64,000 nucleotides of DNA from NCBI GenBank assembly GCA_945877765.1, contig CAMDWQ010000002.1, forward strand, positions 14,464 through 78,463, given 5' to 3'. The DNA comes from Candidatus Omnitrophota bacterium (GTDB taxonomy: Bacteria > Omnitrophota > Gorgyraeia > 2-02-FULL-51-18). The translations under genes and the position numbers were made by a program. The notes under the pieces are model-generated. The model saw nothing but the letters and a program-made list of their open reading frames with translations. It was not told the origin of the DNA and did not search any database. Below, piece after piece: positions 1 through 8,703 of the stretch. Each line of letters starts with the position of its first letter. Positions within the stretch are counted from its first letter, which is position 1.

Positions 1-1311
1 GAAACAAGGATTTATCATCTAAAGTATGCCCGTTTATCCAACTCTCCCATTGATGTGGGGGGGAACGGGACGATTAAGGATCTTGTTTCCTTGCAGAGCG
101 CTTCTATTGAGAGCTCGGGCTCTCGTTCGTCTTCTTCAGGATCTTCGGCCTCATCGACAACCTCCTCAAATTCTAGCTCGGCAACTCCTGCTAATTTGGT
201 GGTTGAGCGCGGAATTGACCGCGTCATCGCAAGTCTCTTGACGCCGGCAGGTAAACTTACCGGTGATATTCAAAGCAACAGCTTGATTATCACGGATGTC
301 CCTTCAAAATTAGATGATATTGAAAAGGTGTTGGCGCAGATTGATCTGCCCACTCCTCAAGTTTTAATTGAAGTCTACTTAATGGAGATCAAAAAAGATA
401 TCCTAACCAATCATGGCGTTGATTGGGGTGGAGAGGATGGAGCGATTGCCTCGTTCACCGGTGGGTCAAGAACCACAGGTTTTCCTTTTACGGAAAGTTT
501 CCTTAACAGTTCAAAGGGTGTAAAGGCGACCACCCAAGGAACATCTACTTTGACGCTGGGAACATTGAGCGCCACAAGTTTTCAGGCGACTTTGCATTTT
601 CTTACGCAGGATATCAGCACAAAAGTATTGGCGCGCCCCCGTGTTCTTACTATGAGCAATGAAGCGGCCAATATCAAGCTCGTGACGAACGCAGCGATCG
701 CTAACCAAACTTCGCTAACAACAGCCGATGGTCAGTCAACTTCCACAGCTAATTCGGCAGAGAGATCTCAGGTCGGCATTACTTTGAAAATGACACCTCA
801 GGTCAATGCCGATGAAACGGTGGGACTATTTTTAGAGCCCTCCATCACCACAGTTGCTGTCTCAAGTTTTTTCCCCACCATATTTTTGGATCCAACTACT
901 CGCGTGGTGCGCACTGTCACACGTGTTAAAAATCATGAGACGCTGGTCATTGGCGGTCTCATGGAAAGAAACGGTAGTAAAGACGGCAAAAGAATACCTT
1001 TTTTAGGAAGCGTCCCTCTGGTTGGAAAGGCTTTCAGCTACGACAATAACTCTGACAGCGATCGCGAGCTTATTATTTTTATTACGCCACACATTGTTCA
1101 TACTTATAATACTTTCTCACAAAAAAATGCAATGTCTCCCATGGGTCAAAAAGATACTTCAATCCAAAAAGTTTTGAGTGAGTTTCGGGATTCAGAGATG
1201 ATTTCTGAGCTCGATGTGGCCGAAGCCCGCGGAATCAAAAATGATCTCAAAGTTAAAGAAAAAAAAATGAGGACGCCGCTTCCTCCTGAAGGCAACAGAG
1301 GTATTCTCTGA
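1..1311 (+). CDS. Secretin (GspD/PilQ family), 5'-truncated at window edge
   Basis: The frame is open from position 1. N-terminal secretin-N-like 'IYHLKYA' motif, Ser-rich linker, and C-terminal secretin signature '...ETLVIGGLMERNGSKDGKRIPFLGSVPLVGKAF...RELIIFITPHIV'. The stop overlaps the start of the next gene (TGATG). Confidence 0.85.
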   Translation, partial: ETRIYHLKYARLSNSPIDVGGNGTIKDLVSLQSASIESSGSRSSSSGSSASSTTSSNSSSATPANLVVERGIDRVIASLLTPAGKLTGDIQSNSLIITDVPSKLDDIEKVLAQIDLPTPQVLIEVYLMEIKKDILTNHGVDWGGEDGAIASFTGGSRTTGFPFTESFLNSSKGVKATTQGTSTLTLGTLSATSFQATLHFLTQDISTKVLARPRVLTMSNEAANIKLVTNAAIANQTSLTTADGQSTSTANSAERSQVGITLKMTPQVNADETVGLFLEPSITTVAVSSFFPTIFLDPTTRVVRTVTRVKNHETLVIGGLMERNGSKDGKRIPFLGSVPLVGKAFSYDNNSDSDRELIIFITPHIVHTYNTFSQKNAMSPMGQKDTSIQKVLSEFRDSEMISELDVAEARGIKNDLKVKEKKMRTPLPPEGNRGIL

Positions 1312-3026
1312 TGGCAGGAAAAAATCCACGCATAGGCGACCTTCTAATTGAAGCTGGGTTGGTTACGGCTTCTCAGGTTGAACAGGCTTTAAAACAACAA
1401 GAGAAGGGTGGGGGGGAACTTCTTGGCGCGACTTTAATTCGGCTTGGATTTGTGGATGAAAAAAATCTTGCCACTGCCCTCAGCAAGCAGCTTAAAATCC
1501 CATTTTTTTCAATGGAAAACTGGCCAGGAATTGCCTCCAACGCCAAGCGATTGACGTATCTCATTCCAGAGGTTTATGCGCGCAAAAATACGGTGCTGGT
1601 GATTGAGCGCAAGGACGGGGTGATGGTAGTCGCTCTGACGGACCCTACCGATGTTGTCTTGTTGGACAACTTGCAAAAAATGACTCGCCTGGAAATAGAA
1701 AGCGTAATTGCGACGCGTACCGATATTATTGCAGCCTTAAATCAAATTTATACCGAGGGGGGAGCGTTAAAATCTGCAGTCGAATCATTTAGGTTGCAGT
1801 CAGGCTTCGAATCCTCGGCTGCGGCAGGTGCTGCAGGCCTTGGGAATGCGGTAGCCGAAATTGATAAAGCGCCGGTGGTGCAGCTGACCAACCTTATTCT
1901 TGACGAAGCGATGCGTTATCGCGCCAGTGATATTCATCTAGAACCTTATGAAAAAGAAACTTCCATTCGTTTTCGTATTGACGGCGTGCTTAAATCAGTC
2001 GCTCCGCCAGACAAAACAATTTTTACGGCACTTGTTTCTCGTTTAAAAATTCTTTCCAATATGGATATCGCTGAAAAGCGTTTGCCTCAAGATGGAAGTT
2101 TTACAGCGACTGTTAGAAATAAGGTCTACGATTTCCGTGTCTCCACCGTGCCAACGATCTACGGGGAAAAAATGGTTTTGCGTATCCTTGACCGCAGCAG
2201 CGCTCGTCTTGAGCTGGGAATACTGGGATTTGAGGCGGATGAATTAGCGCTTTTTCGAGAAGCAATCAATAAGCCTAATGGACTCATTTTAATCACCGGA
2301 CCCACGGGAAGCGGCAAAACCACTACGCTTTACTCAGCCCTAAATGAATTGAAGGGCGAGCAGGTTAATATTACAACCATTGAAGACCCTGTGGAGTATC
2401 AGCTGGAGGGGGTTAATCAGGTCCAAGTGAAGTCAAGTATCGGGTTAACGTTCGCTTCCGCGCTGCGTTCTTTTTTGCGGCAAGATCCTGATATCATTCT
2501 TGTGGGAGAGACACGTGATTTAGAGACGGCACAGATTTGCATCCGCTCATCGCTTACCGGACACCTGGTTTTTAGCACGATTCATACCAACGACGCTATC
2601 TCTAGCGTCACCCGCCTTCAAGATATTGGCATCGAACCTTTTTTGGTCGCCTCCTCCTTAACGCTGATCGTTGCCCAAAGGCTTGTTCGACGACTCTGCG
2701 AGAAATGCAAAATGCCTCACCAGCCGAACTGGGAATCAATTCCCAAGGAAGTCGTTTGGGATAGATCCAAGACCATTTACCAGGCGGTGGGTTGTGAGGA
2801 TTGCGCTAAAACTGGTTATTTAGGTCGAATGGCTATTTATGAAATCGTGCCGGTTTACGAAGATATGCGCGAATTAATTGCAAAAAAAGCACCGATTTCT
2901 GAGCTTCGGGCTCTGGCTTTAAAAAATGGGTGGCCTACGCTTGCCCAAAGCGCTTTCAAAAAAGTTTTTTTAGGAATCACCTCTCTGGATGAGGCTCTGC
3001 GAATGGTTATGATTAGGGAAGGCTAA
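1311..3026 (+). CDS. Type II secretion / type IV pilus assembly ATPase (GspE/PilB family)
   Basis: GspE N-terminal domain, Walker A 'GPTGSGKTTT', Asp/His boxes, and C-terminal tetracysteine-like 'CEKCK...CEDCAKTGY' motif. Length 571 aa. Confidence 0.9.
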   Translation: MAGKNPRIGDLLIEAGLVTASQVEQALKQQEKGGGELLGATLIRLGFVDEKNLATALSKQLKIPFFSMENWPGIASNAKRLTYLIPEVYARKNTVLVIERKDGVMVVALTDPTDVVLLDNLQKMTRLEIESVIATRTDIIAALNQIYTEGGALKSAVESFRLQSGFESSAAAGAAGLGNAVAEIDKAPVVQLTNLILDEAMRYRASDIHLEPYEKETSIRFRIDGVLKSVAPPDKTIFTALVSRLKILSNMDIAEKRLPQDGSFTATVRNKVYDFRVSTVPTIYGEKMVLRILDRSSARLELGILGFEADELALFREAINKPNGLILITGPTGSGKTTTLYSALNELKGEQVNITTIEDPVEYQLEGVNQVQVKSSIGLTFASALRSFLRQDPDIILVGETRDLETAQICIRSSLTGHLVFSTIHTNDAISSVTRLQDIGIEPFLVASSLTLIVAQRLVRRLCEKCKMPHQPNWESIPKEVVWDRSKTIYQAVGCEDCAKTGYLGRMAIYEIVPVYEDMRELIAKKAPISELRALALKNGWPTLAQSAFKKVFLGITSLDEALRMVMIREG

Positions 3027-3034
3027 GCTCACCG

Positions 3035-4246
3035 ATGCCGCGTTTCCGTTATGTAGCCCACACGCTGGCAGGGCTTCGTATTACGGGTGAAGAAGTTGCC
3101 GTTGATGAGAACGCTCTGGTCAGGGCCCTTCAAAGCCGCGATCTGTTCGTCGCGCGATTAGCCATGACCGGTGAAGAGCTTGGGGGCGAGCTTTCCAAAA
3201 GAGCCCATTCAAAAATACGCGATGAGGATCTTCTTCATTTTGCACGAGAATTAGGGACACTGCTGAACTCAGGAATTCCTTTCGATCATGCGCTAGACTT
3301 GGTCACCGACCAAGTGCGAAGCTTTCAACTGGCTAAAGTCTTAATACAGATTCGTGAGGATGTGAACGCAGGCGTCTCTTTTCATCATGCGATCGAAAAG
3401 CATCCCAAAAGTATCCCCTTTTTGTGGGGGCATCTGATTGAAGCGGGGGAGGCTGTAGGTAATATTGCCGGGGTTTTGGGGCATATAGCCAAGCAGCTTG
3501 AGCAGTCAATCGCGCTAAAAAGAAAAATTATATCGGCTCTTTTGTACCCGGCCATCCTGATTGTTGTTACCATCATCGCAATCTCTGTTTTCCTCCTGTT
3601 TGTCATCCCGCAGTTTAGCCGCGTATTTGAGGTTTTGCACACGAAGCTGCCTTTGATGACGCGCGTCATTTTTTCGATTAGTGCATTCGCGAAGACCTTT
3701 TTTATCCCGAGTTTTGTTGTCATTTTTTTGGCCGCTTATATTTTAAAAAAAAGCACCGAGACCCCGACCGGCCGGCGCACGCTGGATCTATGGCTAGTGA
3801 AGGCGCCCATCATTAGCGAGCTCGTTCGAGACGTTGTGATGGCGCGTATTTGTATTAATCTAGCAGCCGTATTATCCAGTGGTGTCGGGCTGATTTATGG
3901 GCTTGATGTAGTTTCGCGGACATCCGGAAATAAGATTTATGAAGAGATGTTGGAAGGCGTGATGGAGGATGTGCGGGACGGCAGCTCCATGTCGCAGGCA
4001 TTAAGTAAGCGGGCTGTTTTTTCTCCGCTGATGATCCAGATGGTGATCGTGGGAGAAGAAAGTGGGCAATTGCCGGAAATGATTCAGAAAGTAGCTAATT
4101 ATTATGAAGAGAAGGTGGAAACTTTGGTGGCGCGAGTCAGCACTTTATTCGAACCGGTGATGTTGATTTTTTTGGGAGTTGTCGTCGGGTCGATTGTAGT
4201 GGCGCTCATGTTGCCGATTGTCACGATTTCATCGTCTCTTCATTGA
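3035..4246 (+). CDS. Inner-membrane platform protein (GspF/PilC family)
   Basis: 403 aa, two repeated GspF domains with hydrophobic TM segments, placed directly after the ATPase. Confidence 0.88.
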   Translation: MPRFRYVAHTLAGLRITGEEVAVDENALVRALQSRDLFVARLAMTGEELGGELSKRAHSKIRDEDLLHFARELGTLLNSGIPFDHALDLVTDQVRSFQLAKVLIQIREDVNAGVSFHHAIEKHPKSIPFLWGHLIEAGEAVGNIAGVLGHIAKQLEQSIALKRKIISALLYPAILIVVTIIAISVFLLFVIPQFSRVFEVLHTKLPLMTRVIFSISAFAKTFFIPSFVVIFLAAYILKKSTETPTGRRTLDLWLVKAPIISELVRDVVMARICINLAAVLSSGVGLIYGLDVVSRTSGNKIYEEMLEGVMEDVRDGSSMSQALSKRAVFSPLMIQMVIVGEESGQLPEMIQKVANYYEEKVETLVARVSTLFEPVMLIFLGVVVGSIVVALMLPIVTISSSLH

Positions 4247-4355
4247 TAAATAGTAGTTGAAATGTGCTAGGTATGGTGTAGACTTACATTAGGAAAGCTA
4301 GTTTTAGTTAAAATATTTTAACAGAACGAAAAGAAGGATAAATAGGGGATTTGAA

Positions 4356-4802
4356 ATGATAAAATTAATAAAAAATAAAAAAGGTTTTACTCTTCTAGAG
4401 CTTTTGATTGTGCTTGTCGTGATGGGTGTTATTGCAGGGTTGATGTTTCCTGTATTGGCGGCTCAGGTTGAAAGAGGGCGTGCTCAGGAAGCGGTGACGG
4501 CACTTGGGACGGCCAAGCAGATGATGGTTGTCTACCATCAAACAACGGGAGGGAATTCCTATGCCAACGCCGGTTTTAATCCTGCGGTTCCTGGGTTCAT
4601 GGGGTACGACCCTAACGCTGCAGCTGCGGGACAAGTACCTGTTTTTATTTACACGGTGGTCTCTGCCGGCGATACATTTACCATCACCGCGACTCGTCAG
4701 GCTACGGTCTTAGCGCCTTTGCCGGCGAATTTTAACCCAGTAAATAACACCATTACTATTAATGAGCAAGGGCAGGTTGTTCGAAACGGCATTTACGCAT
4801 AA
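4356..4802 (+). CDS. Prepilin-type (GspG/major pilin-like) protein 1
   Basis: Class III leader 'MIKLIKNKKG|FTLLELLIVLVVMGVIAGL' with G(-1), F(+1), E(+5) followed by a hydrophobic helix. 148 aa, no Cys pair (GspG-like). Confidence 0.85.
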   Translation: MIKLIKNKKGFTLLELLIVLVVMGVIAGLMFPVLAAQVERGRAQEAVTALGTAKQMMVVYHQTTGGNSYANAGFNPAVPGFMGYDPNAAAAGQVPVFIYTVVSAGDTFTITATRQATVLAPLPANFNPVNNTITINEQGQVVRNGIYA

Positions 4803-4823
4803 TCAGGGCTGAAAGAATGTGGC

Positions 4824-5237
4824 ATGCGTACTTGTAGACAGCTTCAAAATTGCCGAGGTATAGGTCTGGCTGAAATTTTAATTGTCCTGTCGGTTATGTG
4901 TGTGGTGGCAGGACTAACAATACCTGTCTATATCGCAAGGACAGAGAGGCATCGATCGGAGGAAGCGATTCAGCACCTGGCAGCTGTGAAGGATGCTTTG
5001 TTGCAGTACCGATCCCTTAACGGCACCTACGCAGGGGCATCCTTTAATAATATTCGCTACGACCCAAATGTAGGCGAAGCCGGGCAGGACGCTCTTTTTT
5101 CTTACAACCTCGATATTCTTACGACTAATGAGTATACGGTTACCGCTCAACGATTACCATTAGATGCTAATAACGGGAATACGATTAGCCTAGATCAAGC
5201 CGGAACGCTAACGAGGCGGGGAGTTTATGATGGGTAG
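4824..5237 (+). CDS. Prepilin-type protein 2
   Basis: '...CRG|IGLAEILIVLSVMCVVAGL' prepilin N-terminus with E(+5). 137 aa. Confidence 0.75.
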   Translation: MRTCRQLQNCRGIGLAEILIVLSVMCVVAGLTIPVYIARTERHRSEEAIQHLAAVKDALLQYRSLNGTYAGASFNNIRYDPNVGEAGQDALFSYNLDILTTNEYTVTAQRLPLDANNGNTISLDQAGTLTRRGVYDG

Positions 5238-5655
5238 ATTGACACGCCGGCCAACGGGGGGCAGATCGCAAGGGTTTACACTGCTGGAAATATTGATTAC
5301 CCTAATGATTTTGGGGGTACTTGCGGGACTTGCGATACCGATTTATTCCCGGCGAGTTGAAGAGAGCCGCGCCAACGAAGCCACTGTCAATCTCAACGCT
5401 ATCTACATGGGCCAAAAAATATACGCGCTCAATAATAGCGGAGATTACTGGAATGGCGGGGTGGGTCCTGCCGTTGCGGATATCAACACCACTCTAAATA
5501 TTGACATCAATCCGCAATTTTATGACATTGCTTCTATCAGTGCCGCTAACGGGGCAAACCCCAAAACATTTGTCGCCGTTGCAACTCGAAATAATACTTC
5601 GGGCGGGGATGGGGTTACTAGTTATAGGATCAATGACGCTGGTGTGGTGAGTTAG
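5227..5655 (+). CDS. Prepilin-type protein 3
   Basis: '...RSQG|FTLLEILITLMILGVLAGL' prepilin N-terminus. 142 aa. Confidence 0.8.
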   Translation: MMGRLTRRPTGGRSQGFTLLEILITLMILGVLAGLAIPIYSRRVEESRANEATVNLNAIYMGQKIYALNNSGDYWNGGVGPAVADINTTLNIDINPQFYDIASISAANGANPKTFVAVATRNNTSGGDGVTSYRINDAGVVS

Positions 5656-6047
5656 TGTTGACTAGAAATTGTCGCCCGGTCAATGTCACGAAAAATCAAA
5701 ATGGTTTTTCGTTGGTTGAGGTGGTTGTGGCGTTAATTGTTCTTGCCGTGCTTTCTGTGGGTTTGCTTCGAGGTGCAATTTCAGCGCACCGCTCGGTTCC
5801 TGCTCAATTGGATCGCAGCGGCGCTCAAAACCTCGGGCGTGCGATTATTGAGTCTCTTTATGAGGCTGTGCGTCAGGACTGGTGGAATTTAACCGACCGT
5901 CCGCTAAGCGTAGGCACTCCCTTGGGCGCCCCCCGCGCAACGACCGTTGCTGGCAGGACTTACACCTCTGAATATTCGGTCGCCGCTGTCAACTTGGCTG
6001 GAGATCCCGGTCAGGATTATCGCAAGATCGAAGTCACTGTTCGATGA
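5655..6047 (+). CDS. Minor pseudopilin (GspI/PilV-like)
   Basis: '...NQNG|FSLVEVVVALIVLAVLSVGLL'. 130 aa. Confidence 0.7.
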   Translation: MLTRNCRPVNVTKNQNGFSLVEVVVALIVLAVLSVGLLRGAISAHRSVPAQLDRSGAQNLGRAIIESLYEAVRQDWWNLTDRPLSVGTPLGAPRATTVAGRTYTSEYSVAAVNLAGDPGQDYRKIEVTVR

Positions 6048-6610
6048 AAATCAGGGGTACTTCAGGGCACACATTGCTTGAAATTGTAATTGCCAGTGTT
6101 TTGATCGGCATGATTTTTGTGATGATCACCACTTTGTACGCTACTTCCTTGAAATTCTTAAGAGGTGACATGGCCTCAAATGACCTTGATACCTTGTTAG
6201 CTCTTGAGACGATGGCGCGTAACGCTTCGACGTCGACGGACGCCGTCGTGGACATGGGTGGATCACAACTTAAGCTTCGAATCGATACGAATAACCCCTC
6301 CACAGCAACAGCTTTGGATGACCAATGGGTGAGTTATCGCTTTTTAAGGAACGGCGCCGCTTTTGAGCTTAGAAATCGCACGGTGCTGCCTCCCGCAGCT
6401 GCGCCTGCTAATGTGACGGTAGCGGATAGAGAAGTGGTAAGCGGGTTGCCGGTGCTTGGTGGTGCAGGCCAGTCGGGTTTTCAACTTTTAAATCCATCTA
6501 CACCAGAGGGGGCCCCAACGGTTGTACAGATTATGCTGGTAGTTTCGGGCACTGCCAATTCGCAACCGCGCACTTTTTTGACTAGCGTGGCTTTAGAGAG
6601 AGCTAAATGA
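6044..6610 (+). CDS. Minor pseudopilin (GspJ/PilW-like)
   Basis: '...TSG|HTLLEIVIASVLIGMIF'. 188 aa. Confidence 0.65.
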   Translation: MKIRGTSGHTLLEIVIASVLIGMIFVMITTLYATSLKFLRGDMASNDLDTLLALETMARNASTSTDAVVDMGGSQLKLRIDTNNPSTATALDDQWVSYRFLRNGAAFELRNRTVLPPAAAPANVTVADREVVSGLPVLGGAGQSGFQLLNPSTPEGAPTVVQIMLVVSGTANSQPRTFLTSVALERAK

Positions 6611-7026
6611 GGTGCGGTAGGGGCAGATTTCTTAAAAATAAAAAAGGGGCCGTTTTATTTGTGGTGCTTCTATTTAGTCTTTTGATCGCCTCTATCATGG
6701 CTTATATTGCGCATATGGTTTATCAGCGTACACGATTGCTGGATGCGGTGGGTGTCAAACGGACGAGAAATTATTACCGCGCTCAGGCCGGTCTTGTGGA
6801 TGCCTATTGGCGGCTGAGGACGAATCACGCACCGCCTGGATTGCCTGGAAATTTTAATGATGCCAACTTTTCAGTGCAGTATTATATGAGCATTGATTCC
6901 GGCACTATAACGCCGGCACGGGAGGCAGATTCAACCGTCATGGTAACGATAGGGACAAGAAATGACAATATTGCCAGTGCGGATTACCATTTGCGGCCGG
7001 TTTCTGCCACGGGTTTGGACACGTAA
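6607..7026 (+). CDS. Minor pseudopilin lacking Glu+5 (GspK/PilX-like, short)
   Basis: 'KKGAVLFVVLLFSLLIASIMA' prepilin-like hydrophobic N-terminus without E(+5), as in the GspK family. Only 139 aa. Confidence 0.55.
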   Translation: MRCGRGRFLKNKKGAVLFVVLLFSLLIASIMAYIAHMVYQRTRLLDAVGVKRTRNYYRAQAGLVDAYWRLRTNHAPPGLPGNFNDANFSVQYYMSIDSGTITPAREADSTVMVTIGTRNDNIASADYHLRPVSATGLDT

Positions 7027-7053
7027 AATGAATGAGCAGAGAAAGGTGGAGAC

Positions 7054-7539
7054 GTGAAAAATAAACAGTGTTTTGGGACGATGATGGTTTTTTTGTTGTG
7101 GGCTCTGTTGCCCACGGCTCTCGCCGCAGAAGATTCTGCCGTCCCGCAGGCGATGAAAAAAATGCAAGAAAACCAGGCAAGGTTTTTACGTGAAGCGGAC
7201 GAGCAGGAAGAAAAGATGATGGAGGCGATGAAGGCGATAAACCCCGAAGCTTACAAGCAGCGTAAAGCTGCGATTGAAAATCAAAAAAAAATCAATAGCA
7301 TTGCCAGTTTATTTTATGCAAAAAAGATGTCCGAGTCGGAGGCGCGGTCACGATTAACACCTCTTCTAGGAGACCGGATTCGTCAAGAGGCAGCCGGGGT
7401 TGACTCAGAAATTCACCGTCTAGAAAAAAAATTGGAATCTCTTAAGCAGGTGAAGGGAAATAGCTCTGCTTTGCTTAAGCGGCGGATCGACCAGATTCTT
7501 GGTCTGGTAAAAATTAACCCGGAAGACGCAATCTTTTAA
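7054..7539 (+). CDS. Secreted coiled-coil protein (Sec signal peptide; possible periplasmic Spy/CpxP/ZraP-like)
   Basis: GTG start after RBS 'AAAGGTGGAG'. Signal peptide '...LLPTALAAE', then Lys/Glu-rich helical sequence. 161 aa. Confidence 0.45.
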   Translation: MKNKQCFGTMMVFLLWALLPTALAAEDSAVPQAMKKMQENQARFLREADEQEEKMMEAMKAINPEAYKQRKAAIENQKKINSIASLFYAKKMSESEARSRLTPLLGDRIRQEAAGVDSEIHRLEKKLESLKQVKGNSSALLKRRIDQILGLVKINPEDAIF

Positions 7540-7548
7540 AGGACACCT

Positions 7549-8649
7549 ATGATGCTGCAAAAAAAAACACGAAATATCGGATTAATTCTTATTTTGATGA
7601 CGGTTCCTCTCTTTGCATTGCGCGCGGCTAGTGCCGAGGATGTTAAGATAAGCACGTATTATCCAGCACCTTATGGAAGCTATGACGAGCTTACCAGTGA
7701 GAGTAAGACGTTGCTTGCGACCAACCCGATCACGGGGGTCGCGGGGGATGCGAACGCCAAAGTGGGCATCGGAACTACTGTGCCCGCCTACAAGTTGGAC
7801 GTGGCGGGAACCGCTGGTTTGGGACAGACCTATCTCAAAGAATCAACCCTTCTTTTTAGTGATCCAAACCATGCTTTTACAGCCATTGGAAACACAGACG
7901 GTTATGCGGCGATTGAAAATGATGTCAATCGCGACACGCTTATGATTATGGGGCGCAGTGGAGGAATTGGCGGTGTGCGCTCCGTTAGTATTTATGACCG
8001 GTTAGATGTGAACGGCTTTCTGCGCGTATTCAATGGAGCTTTTTTAACTATCAATGACCCGCTTGAAGCGGCTGTGCAAGGTGTAAATAATGGCACTGGA
8101 TCATTAGGATCGCTAGGCGTCGGCGTCTACGGTGTATATGGTATTACGCATTCCAATAGTTTCGCAGGTTATTTTAGAGGGGATTCTTATGGAGTGCTCG
8201 GTGGAAGCGAGCTGGCAGAGGGTTATGCAGGCTTATTCTATAACTACGCATCCAACTACTTCTCAATTTTAGGCTATCAAAATTATGGCTTATATTCCAA
8301 TGGAGTTGTCTCAGCTCTTAACGTAGCACCTTCTGACAGCAGAAAAAAAACTGATATCGCGACCATTCCAAACGCTCTTGATAAAGTCTCTGCTCTTCGC
8401 GGAGTTAATTTCAAATGGAAAGAGGAGAAGCCTCTGGCGGGCCAGCAGATGGGGCTGATCGCGCAGGAAGTGGAAACCGTTTTCCCGGAGCTGGTCACAG
8501 ACGATCCAACCGGGTACAAGGCGCTTAATTATACTGGGCTGTCGGGCGCGCTCGTGGAAGCGATTAAGGAGCTTAAGTTAAAAAATGAAGCTCTTGAAAA
8601 GGAAACACAACTGCTTAAAGAGCGCATAGAAAAGTTAGAAAATAAATAG
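7549..8649 (+). CDS. Secreted Gly-rich fibre-like protein with C-terminal intramolecular-chaperone (Peptidase S74 / endosialidase chaperone-like) domain
   Basis: Signal peptide 'MMLQKKTRNIGLILILMTVPLFALRAASAE', then a Gly/Tyr-rich region. C-terminus 'SDSRKKTDIATIPNALDKVSALRGVNFKWKEEKPLAGQQMGLIAQEVETVFPELV...ALVEAIKELKLKNEALEKE' matches the tail-fibre chaperone domain consensus. Confidence 0.7.
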   Translation: MMLQKKTRNIGLILILMTVPLFALRAASAEDVKISTYYPAPYGSYDELTSESKTLLATNPITGVAGDANAKVGIGTTVPAYKLDVAGTAGLGQTYLKESTLLFSDPNHAFTAIGNTDGYAAIENDVNRDTLMIMGRSGGIGGVRSVSIYDRLDVNGFLRVFNGAFLTINDPLEAAVQGVNNGTGSLGSLGVGVYGVYGITHSNSFAGYFRGDSYGVLGGSELAEGYAGLFYNYASNYFSILGYQNYGLYSNGVVSALNVAPSDSRKKTDIATIPNALDKVSALRGVNFKWKEEKPLAGQQMGLIAQEVETVFPELVTDDPTGYKALNYTGLSGALVEAIKELKLKNEALEKETQLLKERIEKLENK

Positions 8650-8666
8650 AATAATCAAGAAACCAA

Positions 8667-8695
8667 TTGAGATGTCTACTTTATTAGTATATACT
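8667..8695 (+). promoter_or_regulatory. Candidate sigma70 promoter (TTGAGA-17-TATACT), possibly producing a near-leaderless transcript for the 8704 gene
   Basis: -35 at 8667-8672, -10 at 8690-8695, only 8 nt before ATG 8704. No SD sequence in between. Confidence 0.3.
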
Positions 8696-8703
8696 CATTT
8701 CTC

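Noticed and set aside
511-708. Numerous 60-150-aa ORFs antisense to or nested within the annotated genes (e.g. 511-708, 3385-3723, 31869-32330, 32421-33056, 52931-53779)
   Set aside because: Each lies wholly inside a well-supported conserved gene on the other strand or frame. None has recognisable motifs or RBS context. They are typical spurious ORFs.
7549-8649. Prophage or phage remnant inferred from the tail-fibre chaperone domain
   Set aside because: No integrase, terminase, capsid, portal, baseplate or lysis genes are within the window. The flanks are pilus/secretion and housekeeping genes.
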